From Octopus bimaculoides (taxonomy: Eukaryota): a DNA stretch of 36,921 nt. The DNA lies in contig NC_068985.1 in the NCBI RefSeq assembly GCF_001194135.2, forward strand, positions 74,418,279-74,455,199. The letters are read 5' to 3'. Below are positions 10,811 to 24,222 of the stretch, in pieces; position 1 is the first letter of the stretch; each line of letters starts with the position of its first letter. A program made the translations under genes and the position numbers. The notes beneath the pieces are model-generated. The model was not told the DNA's origin and did no database searches. It saw only the letters and a program-made list of their open reading frames with translations.

Positions 10811-11962
10811 AATTTAGTAGCTAGAAATTTTTGTGAGCAGAGTGACGAGACACCTAGTAGGAGCGAAAACAAGACTTGTCAATGAATGGACGAACGCCTT
10901 TCAGGTCAACGGACATACATGTAAGGAAGTCAGTGGCAAAATACCCCACGATTTCTTGGTGGACATTCTAAGGTAGTTTGTTAGTACGAAGTAACGGTAG
11001 ATGCTTTCATTGGATGGGAGAACACGTGCTGGATGGAGAAATACGCTAGTGCGCAAAAATCAATGAGCTGAAGCGTACAATACATAATGACGACGATATA
11101 GTGATCGTTCGTATGTGTATCCTAAATGTAAAATATTTAACACGTTAAATTTCACCCACCATTATAGGATTTCGTTTGTGTAACAAATATATAAAAAAAA
11201 GCGTTGCTCTCATTGAAAACGCACGTGGACACATCTAGCCAATTCCATCTTTACTATCATTTGTGTAAAAAATATTTCTATACCAAAAATGTTAATACCT
11301 GAGTGCATCACGATTGAATCTGTGTTAGCTAAATGAGAATTTTCCAGTATTACTTTTAATAATATCTATTTCGTAACCAAACTAATGTTGAGAAGCTATT
11401 ACTGGAAAGAGGAATATGTTAAGCTTTTCTATATCTAACAATCATGTAGTCAATGGTCAAACTGAGAACATACACATCTATTCAGTCGGGTTTCATTGAT
11501 ATGTATTCATATATTCAGATATACTAGAAAAAATATCTAAATGGTGCTAAATAAGTTAATCAAGGTTGGGTTCTAGGAATTCCAATCTTATCTAGTTCTT
11601 ATCTAATTAGTGATAGTAATATATTTCACTTGTACAATAAATACGTGATAGCTGGTGTTGTGCATTATTTATAGATGCTAGCGATTCTCTTGGATAAATA
11701 AACCGTTTTATCTAAGCTGCAAAGATTTTCAGTCCCATCGTATGAAGTATATACACAACCTGATTAGAGTAGCTATTCAGGATTTTGAAGTCCGATTTAT
11801 GATTTGCGCAATTTAACTTTGCTAAAGCACTTAAGTGGATACTTTCTGATTAAGTTAAGTTTTACTTTTTAGATGTTTACTTCTCTGTCTACAATTTTTC
11901 TTTCTATCGCTACTAATACCAAGTCTTTTAGTACTAGTAGTCATATTAGCATTGTCCAAGAT

Positions 11963-12136
11963 GGTGAGCTGGCAGAATCGTTAGCACATCGGACAAGATG
12001 CTTTGCGGCATTTCTTCGAATTCAAATTCTACTGTGGTTGACTTTTTTTTCTTTCACCATTCCAAAGTTGATAAAACAATCGACTTACTCCCTTTCCTGA
12101 AATTACTGTCATTTCGACCAAATTTGAAACCGATAT
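11963..12136 (+). mobile_element. OR2-like SINE, copy 1 of a tandem trimer
   Basis: GGTGAGCTGGCAGAATCGTTAGCAC head, TTCAAATTC B-box-like motif, tail AATTTGAAACCGATAT. Confidence 0.75.
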
Positions 12137-12153
12137 CATGTTATATTTAGAAT

Positions 12154-12397
12154 GGTGAGGTGGCAGAATCATTAACATACCGGGCAAAATGTTTCGCAGC
12201 CTTGCGCCAGTCTGTTCCTTTTTAGTTCAAATTGCACCGAGGTTGTTTTGCCTTTCATCCTGTTGAGGGTGTTACAATAAGGACCAGCTGATCAATGGGG
12301 TCTTATGTAATCGACTTACATGCACCCCCAAAATTGCTGTCCTTGTGCAAAATTGACACAAAATTGTGTCCTTCTCCATTGGTTTGAAACCAATGTT
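12154..12397 (+). mobile_element. OR2-like SINE, copy 2 of a tandem trimer
   Basis: GGTGAGGTGGCAGAATCATTAAC head, AGTTCAAATTGC, TTTGCCTTTCATCC, GTAATCGACTTAC, tail TTTGAAACCAATGTT. Confidence 0.78.
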
Positions 12398-12409
12398 ATA
12401 TTTATAGCT

Positions 12410-12613
12410 GGCGAGTTTACAGAGACCTTAGCACGCCGGACAAAATGCTGCTGAGCATTTTATCCGTCTTTACGTACTGAATTCAGATTTTTAAAGCCGA
12501 AATCTACTTTGTCTTTTATATTTCCATTGTATCAGTTAAAGTTGGGGTCAATTTGATCGAGTTATTCGTCCATTAAACAATCAGACCTTGAGTCAAAATA
12601 AGAAAACATTATT
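12410..12613 (+). mobile_element. OR2-like SINE, copy 3 of a tandem trimer (more decayed)
   Basis: GGCGAG...TTAGCACGCCGGACAAAATGCT head, TCCGTCTTTACG, GGGGTCAATTTGATCGA, tail CCTTGAGTCAAAATAAGAAAACATT. Confidence 0.65.
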
Positions 12614-13693
12614 ATATCACATTTATTAAAGCCGATCTAATATTGAAAATTATAGTTACCGACTTTCGAACAACGCTTGAAGAATGAAAAATACGTATGT
12701 TTTTTTTTTTCTGTTTACATTAAAATAATTATTTATTCACTTTTCCGAAATATCGAGAGATATTAAGTAAATAGTCGGGCAACCTTGGCCATTTTTTCCC
12801 CTTTATACAAGGCTTTTGTTTTTAACTAAAAACTCAACATACTACAATTTACAACCACATCAACTTCGAGTCCTACCGTTAAAAGAACATTCATTTATAT
12901 TTATTTATTTATTTATTTATTGTATTATTTATTATAACTCACGTCTACGTTTCTGTTTCTTTTTCTCTTATTACTTCTTTTTCCCGCCTTCGTTTGTTCT
13001 CTGATTTAATCTCTGTCTTTCCATTTATTATATTCATTATTTTCACAGGTTTATTCCTTTCTCTACGCAGATTTTGTTATTTTCGATCACTTCATTTTTG
13101 TTTGTATTGCATTCATTCCAGCTTATAGAATTTGATGGATCAATAAAATTGCAATAATATTTAGTGAAGGTTAAAACTCAAATCTGTTTCAACATAATCT
13201 TCCTCTTTTATACATTCACGCTTAAACTTGTTTTCACTTTCGGTCTTTCATAATTAAATTTTTTCATGATATATTTCAAATGGTTGGCGTTATTTCGAGT
13301 ACTTTTAGACTCATACTCACATTACCAATGCAGAATTATATCATATTATAGTATTAGGCATGTATTTCACATGTAAACAAAATACCCTTCTTATTTCATT
13401 AATTTTTCTGTTAAACCTCTTTACTAATTGCTTTTCTACCTCAGCAATTCCCATTTATGCCGGAAAACCAGAGATCACTGACCAACAACGAGGAGTTGCG
13501 ATATATGTAGGTACGGTAAGAATGTAACGATGTCTGTGTGTATGTCTTTGTGCACATATATTCCTATATATTTATGCGTATGTTCGCAGGTATGTGAGCC
13601 CTCGCAGGTGTGTGAGTGTGAGTACATATGTATATTCACGATATATATAAATGTCTGCGCGCGTGTGTGTGTATGTACGTACATTTGTTTGTG

Positions 13694-13724
<31 letters not shown>

Positions 13725-13745
13725 TTATATCTATGTATACATACG

Positions 13746-13803
<58 letters not shown>

Positions 13804-14939
13804 NNNNNNNNNNNNNNNNNNNNNNNNNNNNNNNNNNNNNNNNNNNNNNNNNNNNNNNNNNNNNNNNNNNNNNNNNNNNNNNNNNNNNNNNNNNNNNNNN
13901 NNNNNNNNNNNNNNNNNNNNNNNNNNNNNNNNNNNNNNNNNNNNNNNNNNNNNNNNNNNNNNNNNNNNNNNNNNNNNNNNNNNNNNNNNNNNNNNNNNNN
14001 NNNNNNNNNNNNNNNNNNNNNNNNNNNNNNNNNNNNNNNNNNNNNNNNNNNNNNNNNNNNNNNNNNNNNNNNNNNNNNNNNNNNNNNNNNNNNNNNNNNN
14101 NNNNATATTCTATCGTACATGTGAGCCCCATCAAGACTGCAACCACAGGTCCCTTGCCTTGACCTTCCGCTAAGGACCTTCCATCAGTGGCCGTGAGCCC
14201 GGTAAAAAGAGTTTGACCAAAGCTCACATCAAGGCACCCACATACACATACGCACACACCCATATAAGGCAGTCGCACACACACCCCTATAAGACGGACA
14301 TGCACACAACCTTATAAGGTGAACAGCCTACAAAATACACTGACCCCTCAATACATCCCCCTTCACACAAATTGTAACCCCAACTATACACAGACCCCCC
14401 CCACACACATTACACACCACACGTGAATATGACACCTCCCACACGAATTTATCCTTTACAGAAAGAAAACAGACCAATGAACACAGTTATGCACACCTAA
14501 ACGCCCGCAAAAAATTATATATATGGTACCACTACACATACGACACACACCATTCCTCTGGAGTACTACATTAATAATACCCATTTTCTCTATTTCAAGA
14601 TTACTCTTGCTGGCTTCACAGCAAAGCCAAACCGAGAGACATAACTCCTAAACTAATTACCTGGCCCCTTTCGTTCCACCAGCTTTTTCACAGTAGCTGC
14701 TGAACGGTTGTGTTAATTCATCTCAGACGATAGAAAACAGCCGTCATATTCCCTACCATACGCCATGAGCGTAAAGTTATATAATCGGTTTGATATCTAA
14801 TACTCCATCATATTCTTTACAAGAAATATCCAACCGCGATGGATATTTAATAATATACATTTCGGATAATATATGCAATCTACTGACATATATTCAGAGC
14901 ATTTTTCCCAGACTTATGATCTCGTAGACAATTCGCGTA

Positions 14940-14967
14940 TATATACATACACGCACGCACACACACG

Positions 14968-15022
<55 letters not shown>

Positions 15023-15032
15023 TTATATACGA

Positions 15033-15072
<40 letters not shown>

Positions 15073-15083
15073 TTATATACGAA

Positions 15084-15117
<34 letters not shown>

Positions 15118-15143
15118 CATAGAAAGTGAGGGAGAGGAGGGAA

Positions 15144-15191
<48 letters not shown>

Positions 15192-15243
15192 AGAGAGAAG
15201 AGAGAGAGAGAGAGGGATAGAGAAGAGAGAGAGAGAGAGAAAA
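14940..15243. repeat. Compound (CA)n-(TA)n-(GA)n microsatellite
   Basis: Direct inspection; includes a 50-bp-period duplication of ACTTATATACGAATGTGT. Confidence 0.92.
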
Positions 15244-15911
15244 GATAGAATTAGACGTAACAGATGAAAAGAGATAAAACATGAACATCAGTGAAGCATT
15301 ACTGTTCATCAGCTGTTTTTTCCCGAGATTTTCTCTGTATTTGTCGACCAATTAACGGACAAAAACTAAATGTGCTCGTTTAGCGTAATAAAATGTAACA
15401 GAATTCTACTAGCCAAAGGAGAAACAAAATCTTTTACCAACTGAGAAAAGGATAAGAGGCAGTAGAAAGAGGGGGAGATGCAATAGACATGAAAATAAGT
15501 GAGGGGTAACAACAGAGGTTTAAAAAGAAAATAATTAATGACAATACAAGTAAAAGACACAAAGTAAGGATACAGCAATTTCTAAAATACAGTGATATGC
15601 AAGAATATGGGAAATATATGTAAAGGAAGGAATTAGTTACAAAACCGAGAAAGGATAGCATGCAGAAAAAAAATTGTAAGCAGTAGTTGCTTCTCTTACA
15701 ATACTCTCGGTTACAATGCATTGACCACTAATTATGTATATATTCGGATTTAAAATCAAACCATTTTGAAGAATACACGGAACTCCGAAGAAATGTGTTG
15801 CATACCCTTTCTTTCCTTTGTCCGATCATTCATATATACATGCATCCAAACATACATACACACATACATACATACATACATACATACATGCATATATATA
15901 TATACACACAC

Positions 15912-15958
<47 letters not shown>

Positions 15959-16191
15959 AACAAAGTGAAATGAAATAGATAGATATACAGATAGATATTT
16001 AGATAGATAGTTGTAGCTGTTCAAGTGAATCTAAGCGACTGGAACGCAAAAGAAACCGTGACAGAAAAATACATCGTTAATACAGAGGGACTGAAACCGG
16101 AAGAGAAGATAGATTTTCCAATGATAATATAGCAAAGTAAATAAATGCAAGACGTTTGCCGAAACAAGTATTATTGTGAGAGGAAAATCAA

Positions 16192-16421
16192 ATATCCTTT
16201 CTACTATTGGCAAAAAGACTGGAATTTATTCTTCTTTTTATGGGGGTGGAGGTAGTCAATTACATTAACTCTAATGTTTGACTGGTACTTATTTCAACCA
16301 TCGCGAAAAATAAAATGAAAATCAAAGTCAACCTAGGTGGCATTGGAAATCAGAGCGTAAGGATGAGCGAAATTCCGCAAGTATTTTTGTCTGGTGAACC
16401 AACTATTTAGCCACCTCGCAG
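16192..16421 (-). mobile_element. OR2-like SINE, degenerate
   Basis: ATCCTTTCTACTATTGGC...ACTGGTACTTATTTC...AAAGTCAACCT...GCCACCTCGC is the reverse complement of the family pattern seen elsewhere in the window. Confidence 0.65.
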
Positions 16422-16744
16422 CATTTGTAAAAAAAAAAGACAAAAGACAAATAAACGGTTAGGTGCTCCGCGTAATGCTTGCGAAAATCGCGTAAAAAGA
16501 AACGTTGTTTCGTTTGATATGTGTCTATGTTTATTAAATAGCACATTATAAACATCTATCAAATAGTCAATTATAAGTAAAATTGTCCTTCAGTAATTTT
16601 ATTCCAGGATTTATTAAAGCAAATTTTAGAAGCTACTTGAATACTTGTTACGACACGAGTGAATTAAACGGTATTTGAATATATTTTAAAATGCAATAAC
16701 TTAGCAATTTCTTCCATTTGATGCTTTTTCCTTTTCATTACGAG

Positions 16745-16945
16745 ATTACCTTGTACTGATACATGGAGAGGCGAATGGCATTGTGATTCTTGTAGCGAGT
16801 GATGCGCTATGTTCTTGAGCAAAGCATTTTACTTCCAAACAACTGCCAAGGGATGAGTAATCGGACGGAGCAGTGTGTCTTCCAGGTGAGGAAATATATG
16901 TTACAGAATCCGGACACTTGGAATTTTCAGCATATGGCTCGGAAA
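16745..16945 (+). mobile_element. Heavily decayed SINE related to the copy at 25928
   Basis: TCTTGAGCAAAGCATTTTAC core and TCCAGGTGAGGAAATATATGTTACAGAATCCGG tail resemble 26150-26200. Confidence 0.35.
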
Positions 16946-17226
16946 TGACCTTTGTATTGAATCATGCATTTGACGGAGGAAGTGCAATAATTGGGTCTGT
17001 AACAAATATAACATTTCATGTTATATCGCCACGTTTGTTGAAAGAATGATATAAATATTCACTCTAGTCTATACCTCGATTTTTAAGTCATCCTCCATCT
17101 TTTATTTCTTTTAATAATGGACTTGCGACCATGGTGTTGCACGGCCTTGAAGTTTTTTTTAAATGGTTGTGGAGAACAGAAGCATACATGCACATCATAT
17201 ACATATATATATATATATATATATAC

Positions 17227-17389
17227 ACGACGGGCTTTTTTCATTTTCCTTCTACTATATCCACTCACAAGGCTTCAATCATCATGGGGTTATACTGTAA
17301 AAAAGTTCCTAAAGTGTCATGCTTTGGGACCGAACCCGGAGTCATGTCGTTGGAAATTAAACTTCATAACACTCAGCTTCGCATGCGCC
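17227..17389 (-). mobile_element. OR1-like SINE 5' part with tRNA-like head
   Basis: Reverse complement GGCGCATGCGAAGCTGAGTGTTATGAAG...CCGGGTTCGGTCCC (B-box GGTTCGGTCCC)...AAGCCTTGTGAGTGGAT...AAAGCCCGTCGT, followed by a (TA)n spacer. Confidence 0.7.
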
Positions 17390-18266
17390 TATGTTAGTAT
17401 ATATATAGAGAGATTTAACCTGAAGAGTCTAAAAGTGCTTCGTTACAAATGAGTCCTGGTTAAATATTGTGTGTCGGTGAAACGACGATCAAACGCTATT
17501 ATGAATGCTACTTATACTTTCTGTTGTTTACTTATATCTTTACATTATTGCTTACTTAATAATAATGATTGCAAATCTTGGCACAGGGACATACTTATAA
17601 CAATACTATATTATCTCATAAATAATGTATTGTATCTTATATTATTGCGTCTAATAACATTTATGTATGATAATAATATTTTGTTGTATAGAGAGGTAAG
17701 ATATTAAATAATCAATATACCTATGCTACTTTGCATTGCTGTCATTGTATCAATTAACTTTTATTTTATTTCACTTACCTGTTTATTCGTATTTCTGGTA
17801 CATAACTGTGTATATATGTTTTTTTTTCTTTTTTTATGTTAAATGTTTAATGTGTAATGCCTTTTCAGTTTTATTTCAATTATGATGTCGATTGTGCAGC
17901 GTGTGTGCGCTACGCTGTGTAACCTCTCTATAAACATGGGTAACTATATATATATATATATATATATNNNNNNNNNNNNNNNNNNNNNNNNNNNNNNNNN
18001 NNNNNNNNNNNNNNNNNNNNNNNNNNNNNNNNNNNNNNNNNNNNNNNNNNNNNNNNNNNNNNNNNNNNNNNNNNNNNNNNNNNNNNNNNNNNNNNNNNNN
18101 NNNNNNNNNNNNNNNNNNNNNNNNNNNNNNNNNNNNNNNNNNNNNNNNNNNNNNNNNNNNNNNNNNNNNNNNNNNNNNNNNNNNNNNNNNNNNNNNNNNN
18201 NNNNNNNNNNNNNNNNNNNNNNNNNNNNNNNNNNNNNNNNNNNNNNNNNNNATATATATATATATA

Positions 18267-21200
18267 GGATGGATCCCTTACCCCTATGAACAAGCAGGCT
18301 GATAAGGATAGGGAAGCTGAAGAAGCAACAACCAAAAGTCTCTCTGTGCCAACGGTCCTACAAAGGAATGGAGTCCTCAACCTATTGGAAACCAGAGGAA
18401 CGCAAGTGCTACCACCAGAAAAGGAAGGAAAGAACACGAGAACAACCATAAAGAATGAAGGGCAGAAAAGGAAAAGATGAAATACCAAATACCGAAATCC
18501 CAAACCACCAAACAAACAACAGAAAACTCAAATATGGAGATTCCAATGGAATCCGAAACCCTAGAGGAGAGAAGTAATTTGGAGTGAAGCCAGGGATATG
18601 CAAATGTTACCTGCAAGGCAAATGTTGGCATGGTTAAGTCGGAGCAAACTGCCTGTTTGTTTACCCGAGACACCGCCAAAACTACAGGGGCCTTAAGAAG
18701 AAAGGCTTCCCTGGGGAAGGGTACCAATTGTCTCCAAATAAAAAAGTATACAAATGCAGTGCTCTCTTCAGATGTCATGCCCAAGGCGGCAGCTTGCATG
18801 AGTATTGTGCATGACGCGAAAAGAATGTGCAGCAGCTGCCCTGACTACATCAAACGCAAACAAGGAACCTTACCCACCACTGTGCAAGACCACCACAATC
18901 AATAGACACAGGATGGCCTGCCCTAATGCCTGCACAGTCGTCACGCCAATATCTTTACTAAATACTGGGCGCCCTCTTGGATTACAACAACAAAAGCAAC
19001 ATTTCTTTTTCCTGAGATATCTTACTACATGCAATCAATCACTATGCATAGCACTTGTAGAAACTTATCTGAGCCCTGATATTGAGGATGCAGAAATACA
19101 CGTAACAAGAAAAATATATACCACACTGCAAACAGACAGAAGAGAAAGAAGCCATGGTGGAGTTGCGGTATACATACGTGAAAACCTTACACCCCAGGTG
19201 TTACTGTAATACTCAAATTCAGTTTGTGACACTCTAACTGTATACATAAGACAACAAAATATAATCATTTGCAATACATATCGCCCACTGGATGTTGCAA
19301 ACCACATAAGCAAGTTTGAATATTGCCTCACAAGAATTAAAGAAATACTCATGAAACTGGAACAACATGTGAGCGTATTTCTTTTGGGTGATTTCAACTT
19401 CCCCAATGTTAAATGGCCCGAAGACCTCATGCTCTCAGGAATGACTCATTGCAAACAAGCACAGGTGGAGTCCCAGCTCAAACTCAACTGTGCCCTATTC
19501 ATGAGGTTGTGCTCAACCAAATATGGCGAATTACATTTAGGTTCCCTGCCTTACAAACAATATGGACATCGTTTGTGATGTGAAATTGACGCCGTCATTA
19601 GTTTCGGATCACAACGTAAAAGAGCTGTCTATGTATGCACCAAAAGTAGCCAGAGTCATACGGCCTAAATCTCTCCAATCTGAACTTCCACAAAGCAAAC
19701 CGGAAATCGATTCAAAAAGAGATCCGCAGACAGGACTGGCCTAAATGTCTCCCCACACCAAACATTGGCATGAAACTGGAATATTTTTTCATGTTTGCTA
19801 TACAAACCATATGCCAGACATATGTCCCAGAGCATAAGTCCAACACAAAAAGGAACAAGGTTCCAAGGAGGGTAAGTTCCTCATGAGACGACGGAGGAAG
19901 ATTGCAATTCGCTTCAACCAACATTCCAACAGTGATGGAGATTGAATAAAAGCCTGCAACAATACTATATGAGGGAGAGAGTAGACAAAGAAGCTCTGTT
20001 TATAAAAGTCAAACCCAGTGGCCTTCTTTCATTATGCCAAAGAAACATCCTCAGTACGCTGCACAATAGGACCCCTCTTCCAAAAGATTGGCTTCCTCAC
20101 AGGTAACCCAAGCAGGATCAGTGAGGTGCTGAATAACCAGTTCAAAAGTGTCTTTACAAGCCTTTTGGAAGGCAGACAAAGGAACGAGCCAGTGAATTTC
20201 TTTGCCACCTCACCTATAACCATTGAGGCAGTTACGATGGATTACATCAACATTAGTGAAGAATAAATACTACTAGCCATCGATGAGGTGGACGCAAACG
20301 CAACTGCTGATCCTGATGGTTTCCCAGCGATCCGCCTCCAACTGCATAAGGAAAACCCCTATAGATTCTCTTCAAGGGTTTTCTTGTAAATGGCAGGCTG
20401 CCAAGGAATCTGAAGGAGAGAATAATATGCCCAAACTATAAAGGAGGAACCAGAGAAGATGAGAAAGACTATAGGCCTATCTCTCTGACTTTTCACGTCA
20501 GCAAGGTAATGGAATGGATAGGCAGAGGGAAACTAATCGCATTCCTTGAAGAAAACGACTTGCTGAGTTATACCCAGCATGGCTTTCGACCAGGTAGGAG
20601 CTGTCAGACCTAGCTCTTACAAAACTATGACTGGGTGTTGAGGCCGTAACTCAACAACTCAAATTTGGACGTAATATAACTTGACTTTGCAAAACCTTTT
20701 GATAAACTGGATCATGGTATGATATGTCACAAACTGCGTGATCTCGGCATAGCTGGAAAACTTGGAGAGTGGTTACATGACTTTCTAAAAGACAGAAGTC
20801 TAGCTTGTAGTGGCAAATGGAGCGACCTCAAAGAAAACAGAAATAGTGAGTTGTGTTCCACAGGGCACACTCTTGGGACTACTGCTTTTCATAGTGGCAC
20901 TCTTAGATATGCCCTCAGCTACCCGGATAGTCACCTATGCTAGCTACGGAGACGATAAGAAAGTCTCGCACAAAATACAGATCCCCCAGCGATGTTGCAC
21001 ACCTTCAGCAGGGATTGGACTCAATTTACAGATGGGCGGAGGACAATAATGTGCAATTTAATGCTGAAAAATTCCAAGCCCTGCACTACCAGCGTCGAAA
21101 ACTGAATATAAAACTTATAGGGGATTACAATCCCAGAACCTATATCAGTGTGAGACCTGGGTATCGACATGAGTTATGATGCCTCTTTCCAAGTGCACAT

Positions 21201-21895
21201 TACCAGAATCGCGACAAAGAGCAGACGACTGACTGGCTGGATGGATTCTAAGAACGTTCAGAAACAGAGAGCAGGAAACTATCATGATGGTCCTCGGGAG
21301 GACATTCGTCCTTAGCCGCCTGTATTATTTCTTCCATCTAAGGTCACGCAACAGTGTAAAATTAACAGCAGACCTTGAAGCAATCCAGCGAAGCTTCACA
21401 AATGAGATCGTCTCATTGCAACAGCCATTCATAGTGCTGTAAGATCTGGGTTAGGCAGCGCCTACCTGGTCGAAAGTCATGCTGGGTATCACTCAGCAAG
21501 TCGTTTTCTTCAAGGAATGCGATTAGTTTCCCTCTGACGATCTATTCCATGACTTCGCTGATGTGAGAAGTCGGGAATGGTATGCAGTAATATATATCTG
21601 GAAGATCCTGGAAGTTAATGCAACAGCTTGGGTTTCCGAAGCCCACAGCTTCTTCATATTCTCCCAAAGAGACACAGTGGATTTAGGTGGTTTCAAATCG
21701 AAACTGGAATTCTTCCTCTCGAGAGCCACAGATGAACCTCCCTCGCGGCATGAGATGCAAATGAGGTTAGCGACTTAAAAAAAAAAATTATTCATCAAAT
21801 GCCACATATTAGGAAGCTCTCAATAATAGCAGTGTAGCAAAACGGCGTTGCTCCAGCATGACCACATCTTTGAGCTGAAACTGAAAAAGTAAAAA
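18267..21895 (+). mobile_element. Long degenerate CR1-superfamily LINE (ORF1 remnant, APE endonuclease, reverse transcriptase, 3' tail)
   Basis: APE motifs VETYL (19060), GGVAVYIRE (19156), YRP, LGDFNFP (19387), SDHN (19604). RT motifs YRPISLT (20470), QHGFRPGRSC, LDFAKPFDKLDHG, VPQGTLLGLLLF (20858), YGDD (20945), WAEDNNVQFNAEKFQ, SVRDLGI. C-terminal YIWKILE and FKSKLEFFL. Many stops and frameshifts. Confidence 0.92.
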
Positions 21896-21946
21896 ATATA
21901 TATATAATATATGCACTTATATCTATCCCTGTATCTCTCTCAAACT

Positions 21947-22006
21947 CTATGTATGTATGTATGTATGTATGTATGTATGTATGTATGTATGTATGTATGT
22001 ATATAT
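21947..22006. repeat. (ATGT)n microsatellite abutting a gap
   Basis: Direct inspection. Confidence 0.95.
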
Positions 22007-22039
22007 NNNNNNNNNNNNNNNNNNNNNNNNNNNNNNNNN

Positions 22040-22074
<35 letters not shown>

Positions 22075-24222
22075 ATATGGGTGTAGATGACTGGAGTAAG
22101 TAATTATATTTGTGCCTACGCACGGGTTGATTGCTGATGTCTATTTGCGTAAGTTAAATGTTTATTATTATGCATTTCTGTATATATTGTGTACATATTT
22201 GTTTATATTTCTAATGTACAAAACTGTGCAAATGTATATTTCTTTTCTTTTATTAGTGCAAATGGACACATATTTAGTCTCTGTTTATGTGTGTATGTGG
22301 ATTTAGCTGATTATAAACGATGTTAGACGTTGTTATATGAAAGAATATGATTGCGTATTCATGTCTGAGCATGTGCGTATTCAGTTCATATCTAGTTACT
22401 CTATATATGTTTATTTGGCATTGTAAATCTATATTTGGACGTCATTTAGTGTGTGTTAACGTTGGGAATTACTACAGTGCTGAAGCCTCATGTCTACCAT
22501 AGATGTTGCATTTTGCTATGACAGAAATCAATTTGATTTTATCCCTTATGAACATTTTACGTCTTAATGGATTTCATATAGTTGTAATTTGATCACTCGA
22601 AACTGGATGTATCATGTCATATCAACAAGACGTAATTTTCATGCGTCAGACTTCATCTTGCAGATTATTGCTTACATTTCACTTAACTTCTGTCTTTTAT
22701 AATTCTTCATAAATTCTTTTAATCCTATTTATGTTAGCTGCATACGTTAATTTGGCTACATGATTCTGAAAGACAACCTTTAACCTTTCTTTTATTTTAT
22801 TCCCATTCTTAGTTTTAGCATTTGTTTACATATGATTCCGAGATATAGAAGGACAATATTTTTTGAGATGTTATCATATTTCGATAACTGTATCTGATGA
22901 AATCATTTTGTATATAAACATAGTTTCGTAAATATTATGTTATATAATATATATGGAGAGATTCAGTTCTTTCAGTTATTTCAAAGTTATACACACACAC
23001 AAGCGGACACCCCACCTCAACACACACTGACGTATATTTATATGCATATCATTTTATTTTATACATACATGTATATGAATATATATAAATTTATGTATAT
23101 ATAAATATATATATAAACGTACAAATATATGTGTGTATGTGTATGCATATATGCCTATATATTTATATATGCAAGTATTCAAATAAAAACATACAAATAT
23201 GTATAATATAATATGGATCTTTATCATTACATTTTATATAAATCTATATATATATATGTGTGTGGGGGGGCGGGGTGCGTGTGTGTGTGAGTTTGTATAT
23301 GTATATATACATGAAATCCTGTTGCAATAATTGGCTCTACAAAATTACGCGAGTTTTCTACGTTAAGCAAAACGCAAGATGTTCTAAGAGAAAGAAGTTG
23401 TCAGCTTCCTTGACTAACCTTCCATGATGATGTGAATATTACACCCGCAAATGTATCAAACTTTCACGGAACGCGTATTGAAGATTTTCATATAGCTATG
23501 GTTATCGTGGAAATGCTTATCTATAAGCCTTCTCTATATTAACCCTAGTTTCAATTAGAACGGTGTAGCAGATCACATAATGTTCATCAATTTTATGTTT
23601 TGTTCGAGTCTAAGTGTGAAGTAGGTGTTCTTATAGAGAAGTGTATAGTAAGTGCATTTATAGTAGATGAATAGCTGGTGTGATTTTCAAAGAATATTAC
23701 GACTAAAGACTGAGCGGAGGTTTTACATAAAATTATCTAGTATGTGACCATCCCAACCGTCTCAGGAAATGGATTATTAGAATAGCTAGAATCAATATCC
23801 CTACTAGATTACTCCTGTTAACAGAGTCATTATAAAACGGTCAATATGTGAAACCTGATAACATAAGAAGGTCTTATACGCATGGATATATACATATATA
23901 TACATATGCATATACATATATAATATATATATATATGTATATATAATTAATAAGTCTAAGAGTAGCAAAAAGTTAAGAAATTTAATTTACTACCAGTGGT
24001 GTAGCGAGAAAAAAATTAGTCAACAGACTATATATTATTCATGTAAAATACAGTGTACATTTAATACACGTTAGAGATACCCATAAAAGGACATCTGACC
24101 CGCTAGAAAGAGCAGCCAAAGCTCTACACCACAAAATAGGGATAATTTCGAAAAGGAATGACAAATAAAAACATTTACCATCTATATATATGGATATAAT
24201 AATCGATTCCTTTACTATTTCT

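Noticed and set aside
15001-15110. 50-bp tandem duplication within (TA)n
   Set aside because: Ordinary slippage or an assembly artefact inside a microsatellite.
14661-17806. Isolated strong minus-strand donors (14661 CAG|GTAATT; 17779 CAG|GTAAGT) and possible microexons
   Set aside because: No convincing acceptor or long open frame; such sites are expected by chance in AT-rich DNA.
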